DNA of 64,000 nucleotides from Paraliomyxa miuraensis. GTDB taxonomy: Bacteria; Myxococcota_A; Polyangia; Nannocystales; Nannocystaceae. The stretch spans positions 57,015 to 121,014 of the forward strand of contig NZ_JAOVZF010000146.1 in assembly GCF_026337845.1 (NCBI RefSeq), in the 5' to 3' direction. A model generated the notes under the pieces. The model was not told where the DNA came from. It worked only from the letters and a program-made list of their open reading frames with translations, and ran no database searches. The position numbers and the translations under genes are program-made. Positions 39,408 through 50,398 of this stretch are shown piece after piece (the first letter of the stretch is position 1; each line of letters opens with the position of its first letter).

Positions 39408-40577
39408 ATGACCCGCCCAGCGCGCGTTGGACTCCCCTTGCTGCTCCTGTCCCTCTCCTGCGGAGGCCCAGACGACGGCGGTGGTACCGACACCGATGGC
39501 ACGTCCGTCGTCGGGTTGTTCGAGGGCCTGTTCGACGACGTGGTGACCGGCTTCAACTTCCCCTTCGACATCGCGATCGCTCCGGGCAAGGCGCTGGAGG
39601 ATCAAGAGACCGAGGGAGAGGACGATCCCGCCTACGACGATCTCATCGCGCCCGGGGTGATCGTGGTCGCCAACTACGGCACGTCGGAGCTGATGCTCGC
39701 GGGCGACCCCACGGGCGGCAGCGGTGGTGCCGCCACGCCGTTGCTCGATGGCACGGCCGAGGGCTTGATGGGGGCCACTGCGGTCGCGATCACCCCCGAT
39801 CGCTTCGTATGGGCCACGTTCGAGCAAGGCGGGGTCGATGGCAACGGCGGGATCGCGATCCTCGATCCCGACGGCGCGCTGGTGCAGGTCATCGACGGCG
39901 GGGTCGATGCGATGGCGTTCGCCAACCCGGGCGGGATCTGCTTCGGCGGCGCCACCGACGATGGCAACGGAGCGCTCGTCGACTCGTTCGTGTTCGTGAT
40001 CAACCTCGGCGACGGCACGGCCTGGCGCATCGATGCCGACGACACTGCGGGCGCCAACCCGGTGGTGACGCGCGTGGGCACCGGGCTGGCCCGGGGAACC
40101 CCGGGCAGCCCCGGCTCCCCGGGCAACGGGATCACCACCTCGAGCGAGCTACCCCAGGGCGGCGCGCGAGGCTGTGCCTTCCACGAGGGCAACCTCTACG
40201 TCGCCGACGCCCAGAACGCACGCATCGTGCGGTTCGATGGAGCCCACGACGACGGCGAGATCACGGGCGTGGCGCTCGAGGATACCCCCGCCGAGCTGGT
40301 GACCTACCCGACGGACGTCACGGTCAACGACGAAGGGTTCCTCATCGTGATCAGCTACGACAACGCGCACGCATTCGTGACCCTCGAGCTTCCGGGCGGT
40401 GGGTTCGTGGACAACGGCCTGCACGATCTCAACGTCAACGCGGGCAACTACGGTACCGCGGTGGCGTTCGAGACGATCTGGTTCACCCGAGCCAACAACA
40501 AGAACGGCAGCCTGCGCGCGGTGACCCCCGACCAGAGTCATCCGCCGGGCACCTACGAGCCGTTCCCACCGCAGTGA
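39408..40577 (+). CDS. Lipoprotein with NHL/SMP-30-like beta-propeller repeats
   Basis: Start at MTRPARVGLPLLLLSLSC (lipobox), with Gly/Asp-rich repeated blades. Confidence 0.5.
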   Translation: MTRPARVGLPLLLLSLSCGGPDDGGGTDTDGTSVVGLFEGLFDDVVTGFNFPFDIAIAPGKALEDQETEGEDDPAYDDLIAPGVIVVANYGTSELMLAGDPTGGSGGAATPLLDGTAEGLMGATAVAITPDRFVWATFEQGGVDGNGGIAILDPDGALVQVIDGGVDAMAFANPGGICFGGATDDGNGALVDSFVFVINLGDGTAWRIDADDTAGANPVVTRVGTGLARGTPGSPGSPGNGITTSSELPQGGARGCAFHEGNLYVADAQNARIVRFDGAHDDGEITGVALEDTPAELVTYPTDVTVNDEGFLIVISYDNAHAFVTLELPGGGFVDNGLHDLNVNAGNYGTAVAFETIWFTRANNKNGSLRAVTPDQSHPPGTYEPFPPQ

Positions 40578-40587
40578 GCCCAGCCGG

Positions 40588-41823
40588 CTATGCCGGTGAA
40601 GCATGCTCGGGGTGCTGGAGCCGCACGCACAGCACCCGGCCGCCCTTCCACTCGCCGGGGGCCGGGGCCATCGCCTTCTTCAGGTTGTTCCACACCACGC
40701 GGTCCGAGCCGAACGCATCGGCCTCGGTGGCCGACCAGTAGCTGCGACGCTCGAGCATGTTGCTGCCGCTGAGGGTGCGGAACTCGCCCGCGGTGGGCAG
40801 GCGCCAGCCCTTGACGCCATCGATGTCGAGCGCCTCGCAGTGGGCCTGGGCGTCGGCCCAGCTCATCAGGTTCACGCGGGACTTGCGACGGACCTTGCGC
40901 CTGGCCTCGGGCGAGACGAGCAGGATGTCGAGCGCTCGGATCTTGCGCTGCATCAGCGCCTCGTGCACGAGCTGACCATCGTCGTCGTCGGCCGGCTCGG
41001 GGGCGAGGATGGGCCTGGCGGCGACCTCGAGCATGGGCTCGGCTTCGGCGGTGGAGTCGGAGGCGTCGGCCGGCGCGGAGGGCTCGTTGCCGGGTCGTCG
41101 AGCCGCTGCGGACTCCGTCGTCTCTCCGGCGGCGGCCTCGGCCACGAGCGGGGCCTCACCATCGCGGGCGGCGGCGAGGCCCAGCATCACGACCAGGCCC
41201 AGGCCCAGCGCCGCCGTCGAGCCCATCGCGAGCGCCCAGCGTCGTCGCGAGCGTCCAGGGAGCTCGAACGGGTCGACCGAGTCGTCACGTCGAGTCGGGG
41301 ACTGCATGGGCTGACCCTGGCGCTGGAGGCCCGGTCCCATCGGAGCGAGCCGAGCGGATCCCGGGGGTTGCGTGGGCGGAGCGGTGATCGCCGCAATCGC
41401 CGGGACGGAGGAGGAGTGGAGCATGGGAATCGGAGGCGGGGAAACCACGCGAGTGCCGACGGTCATGTGCTCCACGTCGCGGATCAGCCGATCGACCTTG
41501 GTCCAGTCGACCACGCCCGTCCACACGCTGGTGTCCGGGATGCCGAGCGATTGCAGGTCTTGCCGCAGCGCCTCGAGCTCCAACGAGGGCAGCGTCGGGC
41601 CCCCACACGCCACGTAGACGGCCCGCGTGCCGTGGCGCTGCCCGGCCTCGCGCCAGCGCAGCCGAGACTCGTCGAGCCCGGAAATCAGCTCCACGTGGTG
41701 CTCCTGGGCCGCCAGTGCCTCGACCAGCGGAGCCATGCTTCCACGCTGAGCCTTGGCACAACCCAGCACCACCGTATGGGCACCTCGCACCGATGGGGAA
41801 AGGGATACCGATGCTGCTTTCAT
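40588..41823 (-). CDS. Single-pass membrane protein with a C-terminal DUF1566 (Lcl C-terminal-like) domain
   Basis: SWADAQAHCEALDIDGVKGWRLPTAGEFRTL matches the DUF1566 core. Central transmembrane helix (WALAMGSTAALGLGLVVMLGLAAA). The N-terminal cytoplasmic domain has no recognised fold. Confidence 0.55.
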   Translation of the reverse strand: MKAASVSLSPSVRGAHTVVLGCAKAQRGSMAPLVEALAAQEHHVELISGLDESRLRWREAGQRHGTRAVYVACGGPTLPSLELEALRQDLQSLGIPDTSVWTGVVDWTKVDRLIRDVEHMTVGTRVVSPPPIPMLHSSSVPAIAAITAPPTQPPGSARLAPMGPGLQRQGQPMQSPTRRDDSVDPFELPGRSRRRWALAMGSTAALGLGLVVMLGLAAARDGEAPLVAEAAAGETTESAAARRPGNEPSAPADASDSTAEAEPMLEVAARPILAPEPADDDDGQLVHEALMQRKIRALDILLVSPEARRKVRRKSRVNLMSWADAQAHCEALDIDGVKGWRLPTAGEFRTLSGSNMLERRSYWSATEADAFGSDRVVWNNLKKAMAPAPGEWKGGRVLCVRLQHPEHASPA

Positions 41824-42015
41824 ACCGCCCTACCGATCACCTCCTAGCGTACTCCGTCGAGCCCGATTCGTACCGTTTCGACCTGGGCCAGGATCATCGG
41901 GATCTCCCTTCGATCGCGATCCCATGGGCTTGAAATGATGGTAGCGATGATTGCCCGTCGCTTCGATGTGTACCCCTGCGGAGCACGTGGTCGCAGAGGT
42001 ACCCTCGTTGGTGCC

Positions 42016-42894
42016 ATGACCGCTTCGCCCGATCAGCCGTCGACGCTTCGCTACACCACCGAGGGGCGCATCGCGACCATCACCCTCGATCGTCCCGATC
42101 GCCTCAACGCGATCGACGAGCACATGCCCGGTGAGCTGCAGGCCGCGGTGGAGCGTGCGGCCAACGACGACGCCGTGCACGTGGTGGTGCTGCAAGGCGC
42201 CGGACGGGCCTTCTGTGCCGGCTACGATCTGATGCGGTTTGCAGAGGCCCCGGGCAGCAACGCCGGCGTGCAGCCGATGCCCTGGGAGCCGATGGTCGAC
42301 TTCTCGCTCATGCATCGCTTCACGCAGCAGTTCATGTCGCTGTGGCGCAGCCCCAAGCCCAGCATCGCCAAGGTGCACGGCCACGCGGTGGCCGGCGGCA
42401 GCGACATCGCGCTGTGCTGCGACCTGGTGGTGATGGCGGAGGACGCCAAGATCGGCTACCCACCCGCGCGCGTGTGGGGCTGTCCCACCACCGCGATGTG
42501 GATCCATCGCGTGGGCCCGGTGCATGCCAAGCGTCTGCTGCTGACCGGCGATCTCATCGACGGTCGCGAGGCCCACCGCATCGGGCTGGTCAACGAGGTG
42601 GTGCCGGCCGAGGCGCTCGACGACGCGGTGGCGGCCCTGGCCCGGCGCGTGGCGGCGGTTCCCCGGGCGCAGCTGGCCATGCACAAGCTGCTGGTCAACC
42701 AGGCCTGCGATGCGACCGGGCTGCCCAACACGCAGATGATCGCCACGCTGTTCGATGGCATGGCGCGGCACAACCCGCCGGGGCTGGCCTTCAAGGCGCG
42801 GGCCGAGCAGGTGGGCTTTCGCCAGGCGGTCGCCGAGCGCGACGGCGGCGAGCCGATCCCGCAGCATCCCGACGAGCTGTCGAACCCGCGCTGA
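42016..42894 (+). CDS. Enoyl-CoA hydratase/isomerase (crotonase) family protein
   Basis: ITLDRPDRLNAI and VVVLQGAGRAFCAGYDL motifs. Start at MTASPDQ.... Confidence 0.85.
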   Translation: MTASPDQPSTLRYTTEGRIATITLDRPDRLNAIDEHMPGELQAAVERAANDDAVHVVVLQGAGRAFCAGYDLMRFAEAPGSNAGVQPMPWEPMVDFSLMHRFTQQFMSLWRSPKPSIAKVHGHAVAGGSDIALCCDLVVMAEDAKIGYPPARVWGCPTTAMWIHRVGPVHAKRLLLTGDLIDGREAHRIGLVNEVVPAEALDDAVAALARRVAAVPRAQLAMHKLLVNQACDATGLPNTQMIATLFDGMARHNPPGLAFKARAEQVGFRQAVAERDGGEPIPQHPDELSNPR

Positions 42895-43061
42895 GGCTCG
42901 CGTTCTTGCACGTGGGCTCGAGCAGCTTCGTGCGTCGGCGCGCGCAGGAGCTCCGAGCGAAGGGCGATGACGACCATCGCTGCGCCGAAGCGCGCACGCG
43001 GCCGTCGGGGTCGTGATCGCCGTCACCCACGGTCGGTCCCCGCGCGCACCGGTAGGGATGG

Positions 43062-43694
43062 ATGATGGAAGTCGTGACCATGCGCAACATCATCGTGGCC
43101 GCCGCGTTGCTCGGCGGGGTGCTGCTCCATTCTCCCGTCGTGCACGGCCTGGGCGAGCCAGGGGTGACCGAGCGACCCGGGGCGCTCGAGACGTTCACGA
43201 GCACCCAGGCCGAGCTCACCGCGCTGGTCGATGCGCACGCGCCCGCCAAGGACGTGCAGGCGCTGGTGGACGGGCTGCTCGACTACCGCTTCATCATGCA
43301 GGCCGCGCTCGGGGGTCCCGCGCAGTACGAGGCCCGCTGCGCGCCGCGTTGCGACGAGCTGCAGGCGCTGCTGACCGCGCTCGTGCGACGCACCTACGTC
43401 GAGCGGATCACGACGAGCGGGCGGGGCACGGTCGAGGTCGTCGCCCATCACGTGCGGGACAAGGCCACCAAGATCGACACGCGCGTGCGCTGGGTCGAGC
43501 AAGGGCAGACCAAGGTGGTCTCGGTCGACTACGTGATGCACGAGGTCGGTGGCCGCTGGCTCGTGCGCGACTTGATCACCGAAGGCGTGAGCCTGGCCAA
43601 GAACTACCGCTACGAGCTCCTGCGGCTCCACGCGGAGGGAGGGATCGACCTCGTCATCACCCGGCTCGAGCGCAAGCTCCACGAGTCGCGCTAG
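43062..43694 (+). CDS. MlaC/Ttg2D-like periplasmic lipid-binding protein
   Basis: Signal peptide, about 210 aa, with architecture typical of toluene-tolerance Ttg2D/MlaC proteins. Moderate confidence. Confidence 0.55.
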   Translation: MMEVVTMRNIIVAAALLGGVLLHSPVVHGLGEPGVTERPGALETFTSTQAELTALVDAHAPAKDVQALVDGLLDYRFIMQAALGGPAQYEARCAPRCDELQALLTALVRRTYVERITTSGRGTVEVVAHHVRDKATKIDTRVRWVEQGQTKVVSVDYVMHEVGGRWLVRDLITEGVSLAKNYRYELLRLHAEGGIDLVITRLERKLHESR

Positions 43695-43788
43695 GCGGGC
43701 CGAGAGGCGCGGACGGGTTGCCGTGGCGATCACTCGGATCGACTCCCCGTGGGCGCTCACTGGATAGACCTGCTAAAAGGGGATGCGC

Positions 43789-44532
43789 ATGCCCGAGCGA
43801 CGCCTCCGACTCGTGACCTGGAACGTGTGGTTCGGCCAGTGGAGGCGAGAAGAGCGACAGGCTGCGCTGTGGGCCGAGATCGAGCGGCTCGAGCCCGACG
43901 TCGTCTGTCTGCAGGAGGTCGTGCCCGAGCACCTCGCCGGGCCCGAGATCGAGCGGCTTCGGGCGCGCGGCTGGTGGGTCAGCGACGAGGCGCTGTACGA
44001 CTACGACGTGGTCGTGCTCTCGCGCGTGCCCGTGCGCTCGAGCGAGCGGATGCCGCTGCCCTCGATGATGGGCCGCGAGCTGCTGACCTCGTGGCTGGCC
44101 GGCGAGCCGCCGCTGATCGTCGCTACGGTCCACCTCGAGAGCACCGCGGAGATGACCGAGTTCCGCCTCGTGCAGCTGGAGCAGATCTCCAGCCGACTCG
44201 AGTCCGAGCGCGACATCGTCCTGGTCGGCGACATGAACTTCCCGGCCGAGCCGGACCGGCCGGAGAGCGCCGCGCTCGCCGACTGGACCGACGCCTGGGC
44301 GCAGGTTCGCGGCGACGAGCCCGGCTACACCATCGACACCACCGTCAACCGCATGCGCTGGCTGGCCAAGCGCAAGCACGATCACCGGCGCATCGATCGG
44401 GTGTTCGTTCGCAGCGATCGCTGGCGGGTCGAGGCGATCGAGATCGTCGGCACGACGCCGCTGCCCGGTGATCCGCTGACCTTCGTCTCGGATCACCTCG
44501 GCCTATGCGCCGACCTCGTCGCCGACGGTTAG
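43789..44532 (+). CDS. Endonuclease/exonuclease/phosphatase (EEP) family protein
   Basis: LVTWNVWFG and DVVCLQEV N-terminal motifs, VGDMNF, and the C-terminal SDHLGL motif. Confidence 0.8.
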   Translation: MPERRLRLVTWNVWFGQWRREERQAALWAEIERLEPDVVCLQEVVPEHLAGPEIERLRARGWWVSDEALYDYDVVVLSRVPVRSSERMPLPSMMGRELLTSWLAGEPPLIVATVHLESTAEMTEFRLVQLEQISSRLESERDIVLVGDMNFPAEPDRPESAALADWTDAWAQVRGDEPGYTIDTTVNRMRWLAKRKHDHRRIDRVFVRSDRWRVEAIEIVGTTPLPGDPLTFVSDHLGLCADLVADG

Positions 44533-44644
44533 ACTGAGCCGGTGTGCCGCCCTCCGGCCACCCCAAGGCCTGGTTGGTACGGCCAGCCCTGCACACAACC
44601 ACGCCCCTCGAACGCCGTACTACGGTTCGGCCGGCCGCGGGTGT

Positions 44645-44929
44645 ATGCTCCGGCCCGCCGTGCCCACGGTGAGCTTCACCGCCAACCTCCAGCGCCACGT
44701 CTCGTCGCCTCGGGTGACCGTGTCCGGCTCGACGGTGGCCGAGTGTCTGGCGGAGGCGTTCGACCACGACCCGCGCCTGCGCGGCTACGTGCTCGACGAG
44801 CACGGCGCCCTGCGCAAGCACATGAACGTGTTCGTCGACGGCGAGCAGATCCAGGATCGCCGGGGCCTGGCAGACGCCGTGCGCCCCGACTCGGAGCTCT
44901 ACGTGATGCAGGCCCTCTCGGGAGGCTGA
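44645..44929 (+). CDS. MoaD/ThiS-family ubiquitin-like sulfur-carrier protein (C-terminal Gly-Gly)
   Basis: 94 aa, ends ...ALSGG followed directly by the stop. Beta-grasp size. The start is uncertain (ATG 44645 or a downstream GTG). Confidence 0.6.
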   Translation: MLRPAVPTVSFTANLQRHVSSPRVTVSGSTVAECLAEAFDHDPRLRGYVLDEHGALRKHMNVFVDGEQIQDRRGLADAVRPDSELYVMQALSGG

Positions 44930-44939
44930 AGGAACGACC

Positions 44940-46043
<1,104 letters not shown>

Positions 46044-46052
46044 CCCCGGGTC

Positions 46053-46817
46053 TCACTCGTCGGTCGTCGGCGCGGCGCTCGGCTCGAGCCCACACGCCCG
46101 CGCAACCGCGTCGCGGTAGGCCAGCCAGCGCGCCAGGACGATCTCCATGCCGTCGACCACCGCCGGGCGACGAGCGTCGGGCACGTGGTCGAGCACCATC
46201 CGCCACGCCGCGGCCCGGTGATCGCCCTCGACCATGCGATGGACCTTGGTCAGGGCCAGCGACGACAGCGGCAGCCCGTAGTGGACGACCAGCGGGTGCT
46301 GCTCCAGCGGAGGCTCGGGGCGGCGGGGAGCGCCGGGGTCGAGCTCGCCTCGCTCGTAGCGGGTGCCCTCGACGAAGATCGTGGTGACCGCGGTGGCGAG
46401 CTCCCAGCCCGCGTCGGTGGTGGTGTCGTCGAGCGCAGCGCGGTAGGCGGCCGCGGCCGGGAGCAGCTCCACGCGGCCGAAGCGGGCCAGATCCATGCCC
46501 AGGCCGCGCGGGTACTCGAGGAACAGCTCGGCGTGAGGGCGTCCTCGCGAGAGCCGACCGGTCTCCTCCTCGTAGAGGTTCTCGGCCAGATCGCGACGCA
46601 CCTCGTCGATCGGGCACTGCACATAGGCGCGGCCCAGCAGCACCGCAAAGTCGCGCACGTAGGTGCCGTACTCCTGCTCGAGGTGCACGTGCAGGCGGTC
46701 GGCGGCCACCTCGCCCCGCGTGAACGCCGACCACGCCCAGTGGACCTTGCGCTCCATCACCCCGAGCAACGCTTCTCGAAACTCGTCTCGGTTCATTCGC
46801 TTCGTCAAAGGTTGCAT
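46053..46817 (-). CDS. Heme-oxygenase-like fold protein (TenA/PqqC family)
   Basis: Helical protein of about 254 aa with conserved acidic/His residues that resembles the TenA/PqqC superfamily. Start set at MQPLTKRMNRDEF.... Confidence 0.5.
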   Translation of the reverse strand: MQPLTKRMNRDEFREALLGVMERKVHWAWSAFTRGEVAADRLHVHLEQEYGTYVRDFAVLLGRAYVQCPIDEVRRDLAENLYEEETGRLSRGRPHAELFLEYPRGLGMDLARFGRVELLPAAAAYRAALDDTTTDAGWELATAVTTIFVEGTRYERGELDPGAPRRPEPPLEQHPLVVHYGLPLSSLALTKVHRMVEGDHRAAAWRMVLDHVPDARRPAVVDGMEIVLARWLAYRDAVARACGLEPSAAPTTDE

Positions 46818-46974
46818 CGTCGCATGGGGTCCACAAGCACACCGTGCCATTCGCGACGAGCGAAACGGCACGACTGTGGACGAGCCGCACGGTACTCGAG
46901 GGCGCGCCGGCTCGCCGCGGCGTCGAGATCGCTTGCCGACGGGCTGGCACGGTTCCTGAACCCATGCGATCGCG

Positions 46975-47352
46975 ATGAGGTTCGACTACATCCGCGCGCT
47001 CGATCCTCCCGATGACGAGGAGCCCGTGGCGCCGCTCGAGCCGGTGCTCTCCGTGCAGCCTCCCCTCGAGGTCGACGACGAGGATCTCGACCAGCTGGTC
47101 TCGAGCGTGCGCCATGGGGCCGACCAGCGGTCGCGCAAGAACGTCGTCGTCACGTCCAAGGGGGCCGCCGAGAAGTGGCCCTCGTTCCTGGGCGTGTCGC
47201 TGTCGAGCGCTCGTCTCGAGCCGGCGAGGGTCGAGCCGCCGCCTGCGACGACCGAGGCTTCGCCGCGGGGGTGGGCGAGCGCGGGCATGGTCACGATGGC
47301 GTTGGCTCTGCTGGCGACGGCGGTGTTCGGTGCGTTCGTGATCTTGCGGTGA
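46975..47352 (+). CDS. Hypothetical acidic protein with a C-terminal transmembrane anchor
   Basis: High GC3. Acidic N-terminus and hydrophobic tail (MVTMALALLATAVFGAFVIL). Confidence 0.4.
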   Translation: MRFDYIRALDPPDDEEPVAPLEPVLSVQPPLEVDDEDLDQLVSSVRHGADQRSRKNVVVTSKGAAEKWPSFLGVSLSSARLEPARVEPPPATTEASPRGWASAGMVTMALALLATAVFGAFVILR

Positions 47353-47401
47353 GCGTCTCTTCGATCGTGCATCGCGAGACGGCGAGCGCCCGCGTGTGAG
47401 G

Positions 47402-47800
47402 TCAGGACGGGCTGTGGCGCAGGCGCCGGGCCGCCGCGAATCCCAGCCATGCCGCGGGCAGCGGCGCCGCGATGCCCACCACCCACAGCCACGCGGGCGA
47501 CGGGATCATCGCCAGGTTGGCGACGTCGGCGGCCAGGAAGAACAGCCCCACCACGAGCGCGGGCACGGGGCCGGGCGGCTTGCCCACCAGCGTGCAGACC
47601 AGCCCGCCCGCCAGCGGACCCAGCGTCCATGCGAGGGCCACCAGTGCGATGGCGCCCACGGGCACCAGCGCCAGGTTCGGTGCGGCCGGATCGAAGCCGG
47701 CCTGGGGCGGAAACATCGCGTGGCCCAGTCCCTCCACGAGCATCACCACCAGCCCCGCGGCCACGATGCCCAGCACCAACCCGCCGATCCTTCGTCCCAT
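47402..47800 (-). CDS. Hypothetical integral membrane protein (4 predicted transmembrane helices)
   Basis: Strongly hydrophobic, periodic transmembrane pattern that is unlikely by chance. Opposite strand to the track ORF 47396-50371. Confidence 0.4.
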   Translation of the reverse strand: MGRRIGGLVLGIVAAGLVVMLVEGLGHAMFPPQAGFDPAAPNLALVPVGAIALVALAWTLGPLAGGLVCTLVGKPPGPVPALVVGLFFLAADVANLAMIPSPAWLWVVGIAAPLPAAWLGFAAARRLRHSPS

Positions 47801-47891
47801 GGGGCCTGTCTAGGACGAATCGGAGGGGCCGACAAGCGGGGCCCGCATCGGTCACGGTACAGTGTCCGCGGCGAGGGCGACGAGGGCCGCG

Positions 47892-48698
47892 ATGATCATC
47901 GTGACGGGAACGAAGCGCTCGGGGACCTCGATGTGGATGCAGATCCTCACCGCGGCCGGCCTGCCCGCGTTCGGCGAGGCGTTCCCCCGCAACTGGGATC
48001 GCACGCTCAAGGACGCCAACCCCGACGGGTTCTACGAGTCGGTCCTGCGCGAGGGCATCTACTACCGCACCAACCCCCACCCACAGTCGGGGGCGTTCTT
48101 CCACCCCAGCCAGGTCGAGCGCCACGTGGTCAAGGTGTTCATCCCGGGGCTGGTGCGCACCGACCTGGCCTACATCGGCAAGGTGGTCGCCACCATGCGT
48201 CACTGGCGGGAGTACCAGCGCTCGCTCGAGCGGCTCCATCGCATCGAGGACGAGCAGCGAGGTCCGCAGGCTCCCCCGCCCGAGCGCATGCCGCCATGGC
48301 TCGAGTGGTGGGACGAGTGCTTCATGCTCATGCGCGAGATCCTGGTGCGACGGCATGCGATCCACGTGCAGTCGTACGATGGGCTCCTGGCCGATCCCAC
48401 CGGAGTGATCACGCGGGTGGTCGAGTGGCTCGCGCTGCCCGACCTCGACGTGGCGGCGGCCATCGGCGCCGTGCGCCCGGGCAATCGTACGCAGCACCGC
48501 CCCGAGGTCGACGGCGTGCCCGAGCACCTGGCCAGGGTGTTCGACGAGCTCTACGCCAGCATCGACGAGCACCACGGCCTGCCCAGGTCGCTGATGGAGA
48601 CGCTCAACGCCACCAGCCGCGAGCTGGCGCCGCAGGTCGCCGAGCACCGCAAGCGCATGGCCATGCAGCAGCGCGCCCGGCAGGGGTTGCCAGCCTAG
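47892..48698 (+). CDS. Sulfotransferase-family protein
   Basis: TGTKRSGTS matches the 5'-PSB (P-loop-like PAPS-binding) motif, plus the RHW.EY 3'-PB-like region. Start at MIIVTG.... Confidence 0.65.
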   Translation: MIIVTGTKRSGTSMWMQILTAAGLPAFGEAFPRNWDRTLKDANPDGFYESVLREGIYYRTNPHPQSGAFFHPSQVERHVVKVFIPGLVRTDLAYIGKVVATMRHWREYQRSLERLHRIEDEQRGPQAPPPERMPPWLEWWDECFMLMREILVRRHAIHVQSYDGLLADPTGVITRVVEWLALPDLDVAAAIGAVRPGNRTQHRPEVDGVPEHLARVFDELYASIDEHHGLPRSLMETLNATSRELAPQVAEHRKRMAMQQRARQGLPA

Positions 48699-48952
48699 GC
48701 CAGGTCGCTGATGGAGACGCGGAGGTGCTCGCGCGCCTGTTGCGCGACAGGCCATGGGCGTTGCTCGGCTCGAATGTGCTCCTTGCGGCGAGTCACCCGA
48801 TCCCGAGCATGGGAGCGGTAGGCACGACACCGGTGTCCAACGCCGTTCGGCTGCCCGCGACAGCCGTGTCGCGATCGGGCTCCGATCCCCCGAATTCACC
48901 CCCTCCGAGCCCCAGCCGCCCTTGGCGCGGGGTTTGCTGTAGGCTCGGGGCC

Positions 48953-50371
48953 ATGGATTGGCCTCGGTTGGAGACGAACTGGTGGAACCTGACCCTGGGC
49001 GCGGCCGCGACCTCGGTGCTGGCGGTTGGCTGTGGACCACTGATCACGCTCGACGAGGAGACCGAGTCCGACTCGGTCGCGGACGCCACCGAGGGTGACA
49101 CCGAGGTCGACCCCACCACGACCGTCGAGTGCAACAACGGCAGCGATTGCCCGGCCGGCTACGAGTGCATCGACAACGTCTGCATCCCCTACGACTACTA
49201 CTGCGCGGAGGGGGGCTGCTGCTACGAGTACTGCTGCTACGACGACTGCTGCTACGGCGAGTGCTACTACGCCGAGTGTTACTCCGACGAGGAGTGCGGC
49301 CCCATGGGGCTGTGCAACACCAACTACGGCTACGGCAATTGCGAGGTGGCGATACCGCTGCCCAGCTGTGATGGTGAAGCCGAGCTGCTCCCGCTCGAGC
49401 TCCCGGTGGGCGATGGCGAGTTCGTCTCGATGGCGTTCGTCGACGCCAACGCCGACGGCATGGACGATCTGGTGGTCGCGCGCGAGGGCCTGGTGGAGCT
49501 GCACCTGGGCCCCGGCGACGCGGGCCCGCAGCCGCTGCCCGTTCCCCCGGGCTCGCAGGTGGTCGACATCGTGTCGGGCGACTTCGACGGCGACGGGGAT
49601 CCCGATCTGGTGGCCTCCACCGACGACGGGCACCTGCTGACCTTGCTCAGCGACGGTGCGGGCGGCTATGGGCTGCTCGATCAACCGCTCGGCCTGGTGC
49701 TGTACGATCTGGCGGCGATCCAGTGGAACGGCGACGGCACCCTCGACCTGGCTGGTGCTTCGAACGATGGCGCGGCGATCGTGCAGCTCGGCGGCGGCAT
49801 GGGGAACTTCGTCGCCAGCGCCACGCTGCCCACCTACGGCTTCGTGACGTCGCTGACCCGCACCAGCTACGTCGCCGATGCCTACGACGACCTGTGGGTC
49901 CAGGACGACGCGGCCGGGCAGCTGTTCCTGGGTGACTTCTCGGGCGATCTGACCCTCGACTCGGTCTTGAACGGCGCCTACCACGGGCCACGCAAGCTGC
50001 TGTCCTCGAACTTCGACGCCTCGGCCGCCGATGACGTGCTGGGCGTCACGCCCAAGGAAGGCTGGGTCCTGCTCGAGGCCTGGCAAAACGGTGACGTGGG
50101 GCCGTACTACATCGCGCTCGAAGGCAACGGCTCACAGGCCGACGTGGGCGACTTCGATGGCGACGGGATCCCCGACGTGGTGGTGAATACCGGCGAGTCG
50201 CTGACCTTCGGCTACGGCGGTCAGAACGTGCCGTTGCTGCTGCTGTGCACCTCGCAGTACTTCCACGGCTTCCCGGCGCAGGCGCTGGCGGCCGGTGACT
50301 TCGACGGCAACGGTCGCGACGACGTGGCCGTGGCGGAGGCCGGCGTGGTGATCGTGATCCTCGGCTTCTAG
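48953..50371 (+). CDS. FG-GAP/VCBS-repeat lipoprotein with a Cys/Tyr-rich segment
   Basis: Start MDWPRLETNWWNLTLGAAATSVLAVGC (lipobox). FG-GAP-like DFDGDGDPDLV repeats. Unusual CCYEYCCYDDCCYGECYYAECY stretch. Confidence 0.7.
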   Translation: MDWPRLETNWWNLTLGAAATSVLAVGCGPLITLDEETESDSVADATEGDTEVDPTTTVECNNGSDCPAGYECIDNVCIPYDYYCAEGGCCYEYCCYDDCCYGECYYAECYSDEECGPMGLCNTNYGYGNCEVAIPLPSCDGEAELLPLELPVGDGEFVSMAFVDANADGMDDLVVAREGLVELHLGPGDAGPQPLPVPPGSQVVDIVSGDFDGDGDPDLVASTDDGHLLTLLSDGAGGYGLLDQPLGLVLYDLAAIQWNGDGTLDLAGASNDGAAIVQLGGGMGNFVASATLPTYGFVTSLTRTSYVADAYDDLWVQDDAAGQLFLGDFSGDLTLDSVLNGAYHGPRKLLSSNFDASAADDVLGVTPKEGWVLLEAWQNGDVGPYYIALEGNGSQADVGDFDGDGIPDVVVNTGESLTFGYGGQNVPLLLLCTSQYFHGFPAQALAAGDFDGNGRDDVAVAEAGVVIVILGF

Positions 50372-50398
50372 CCGCGGGAATCGGGGGGCATCGACGAG

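Noticed and set aside
47396-48952. Upstream 519 codons of the 991-aa plus-strand ORF
   Set aside because: Arg/Gly/Pro/His low-complexity, overlapping the sulfotransferase in another frame. The real gene starts at the ATG at 48953 with a signal peptide.
46986-49040. 684-aa minus-strand ORF
   Set aside because: Antisense to the sulfotransferase and FG-GAP lipoprotein genes, with no motifs.
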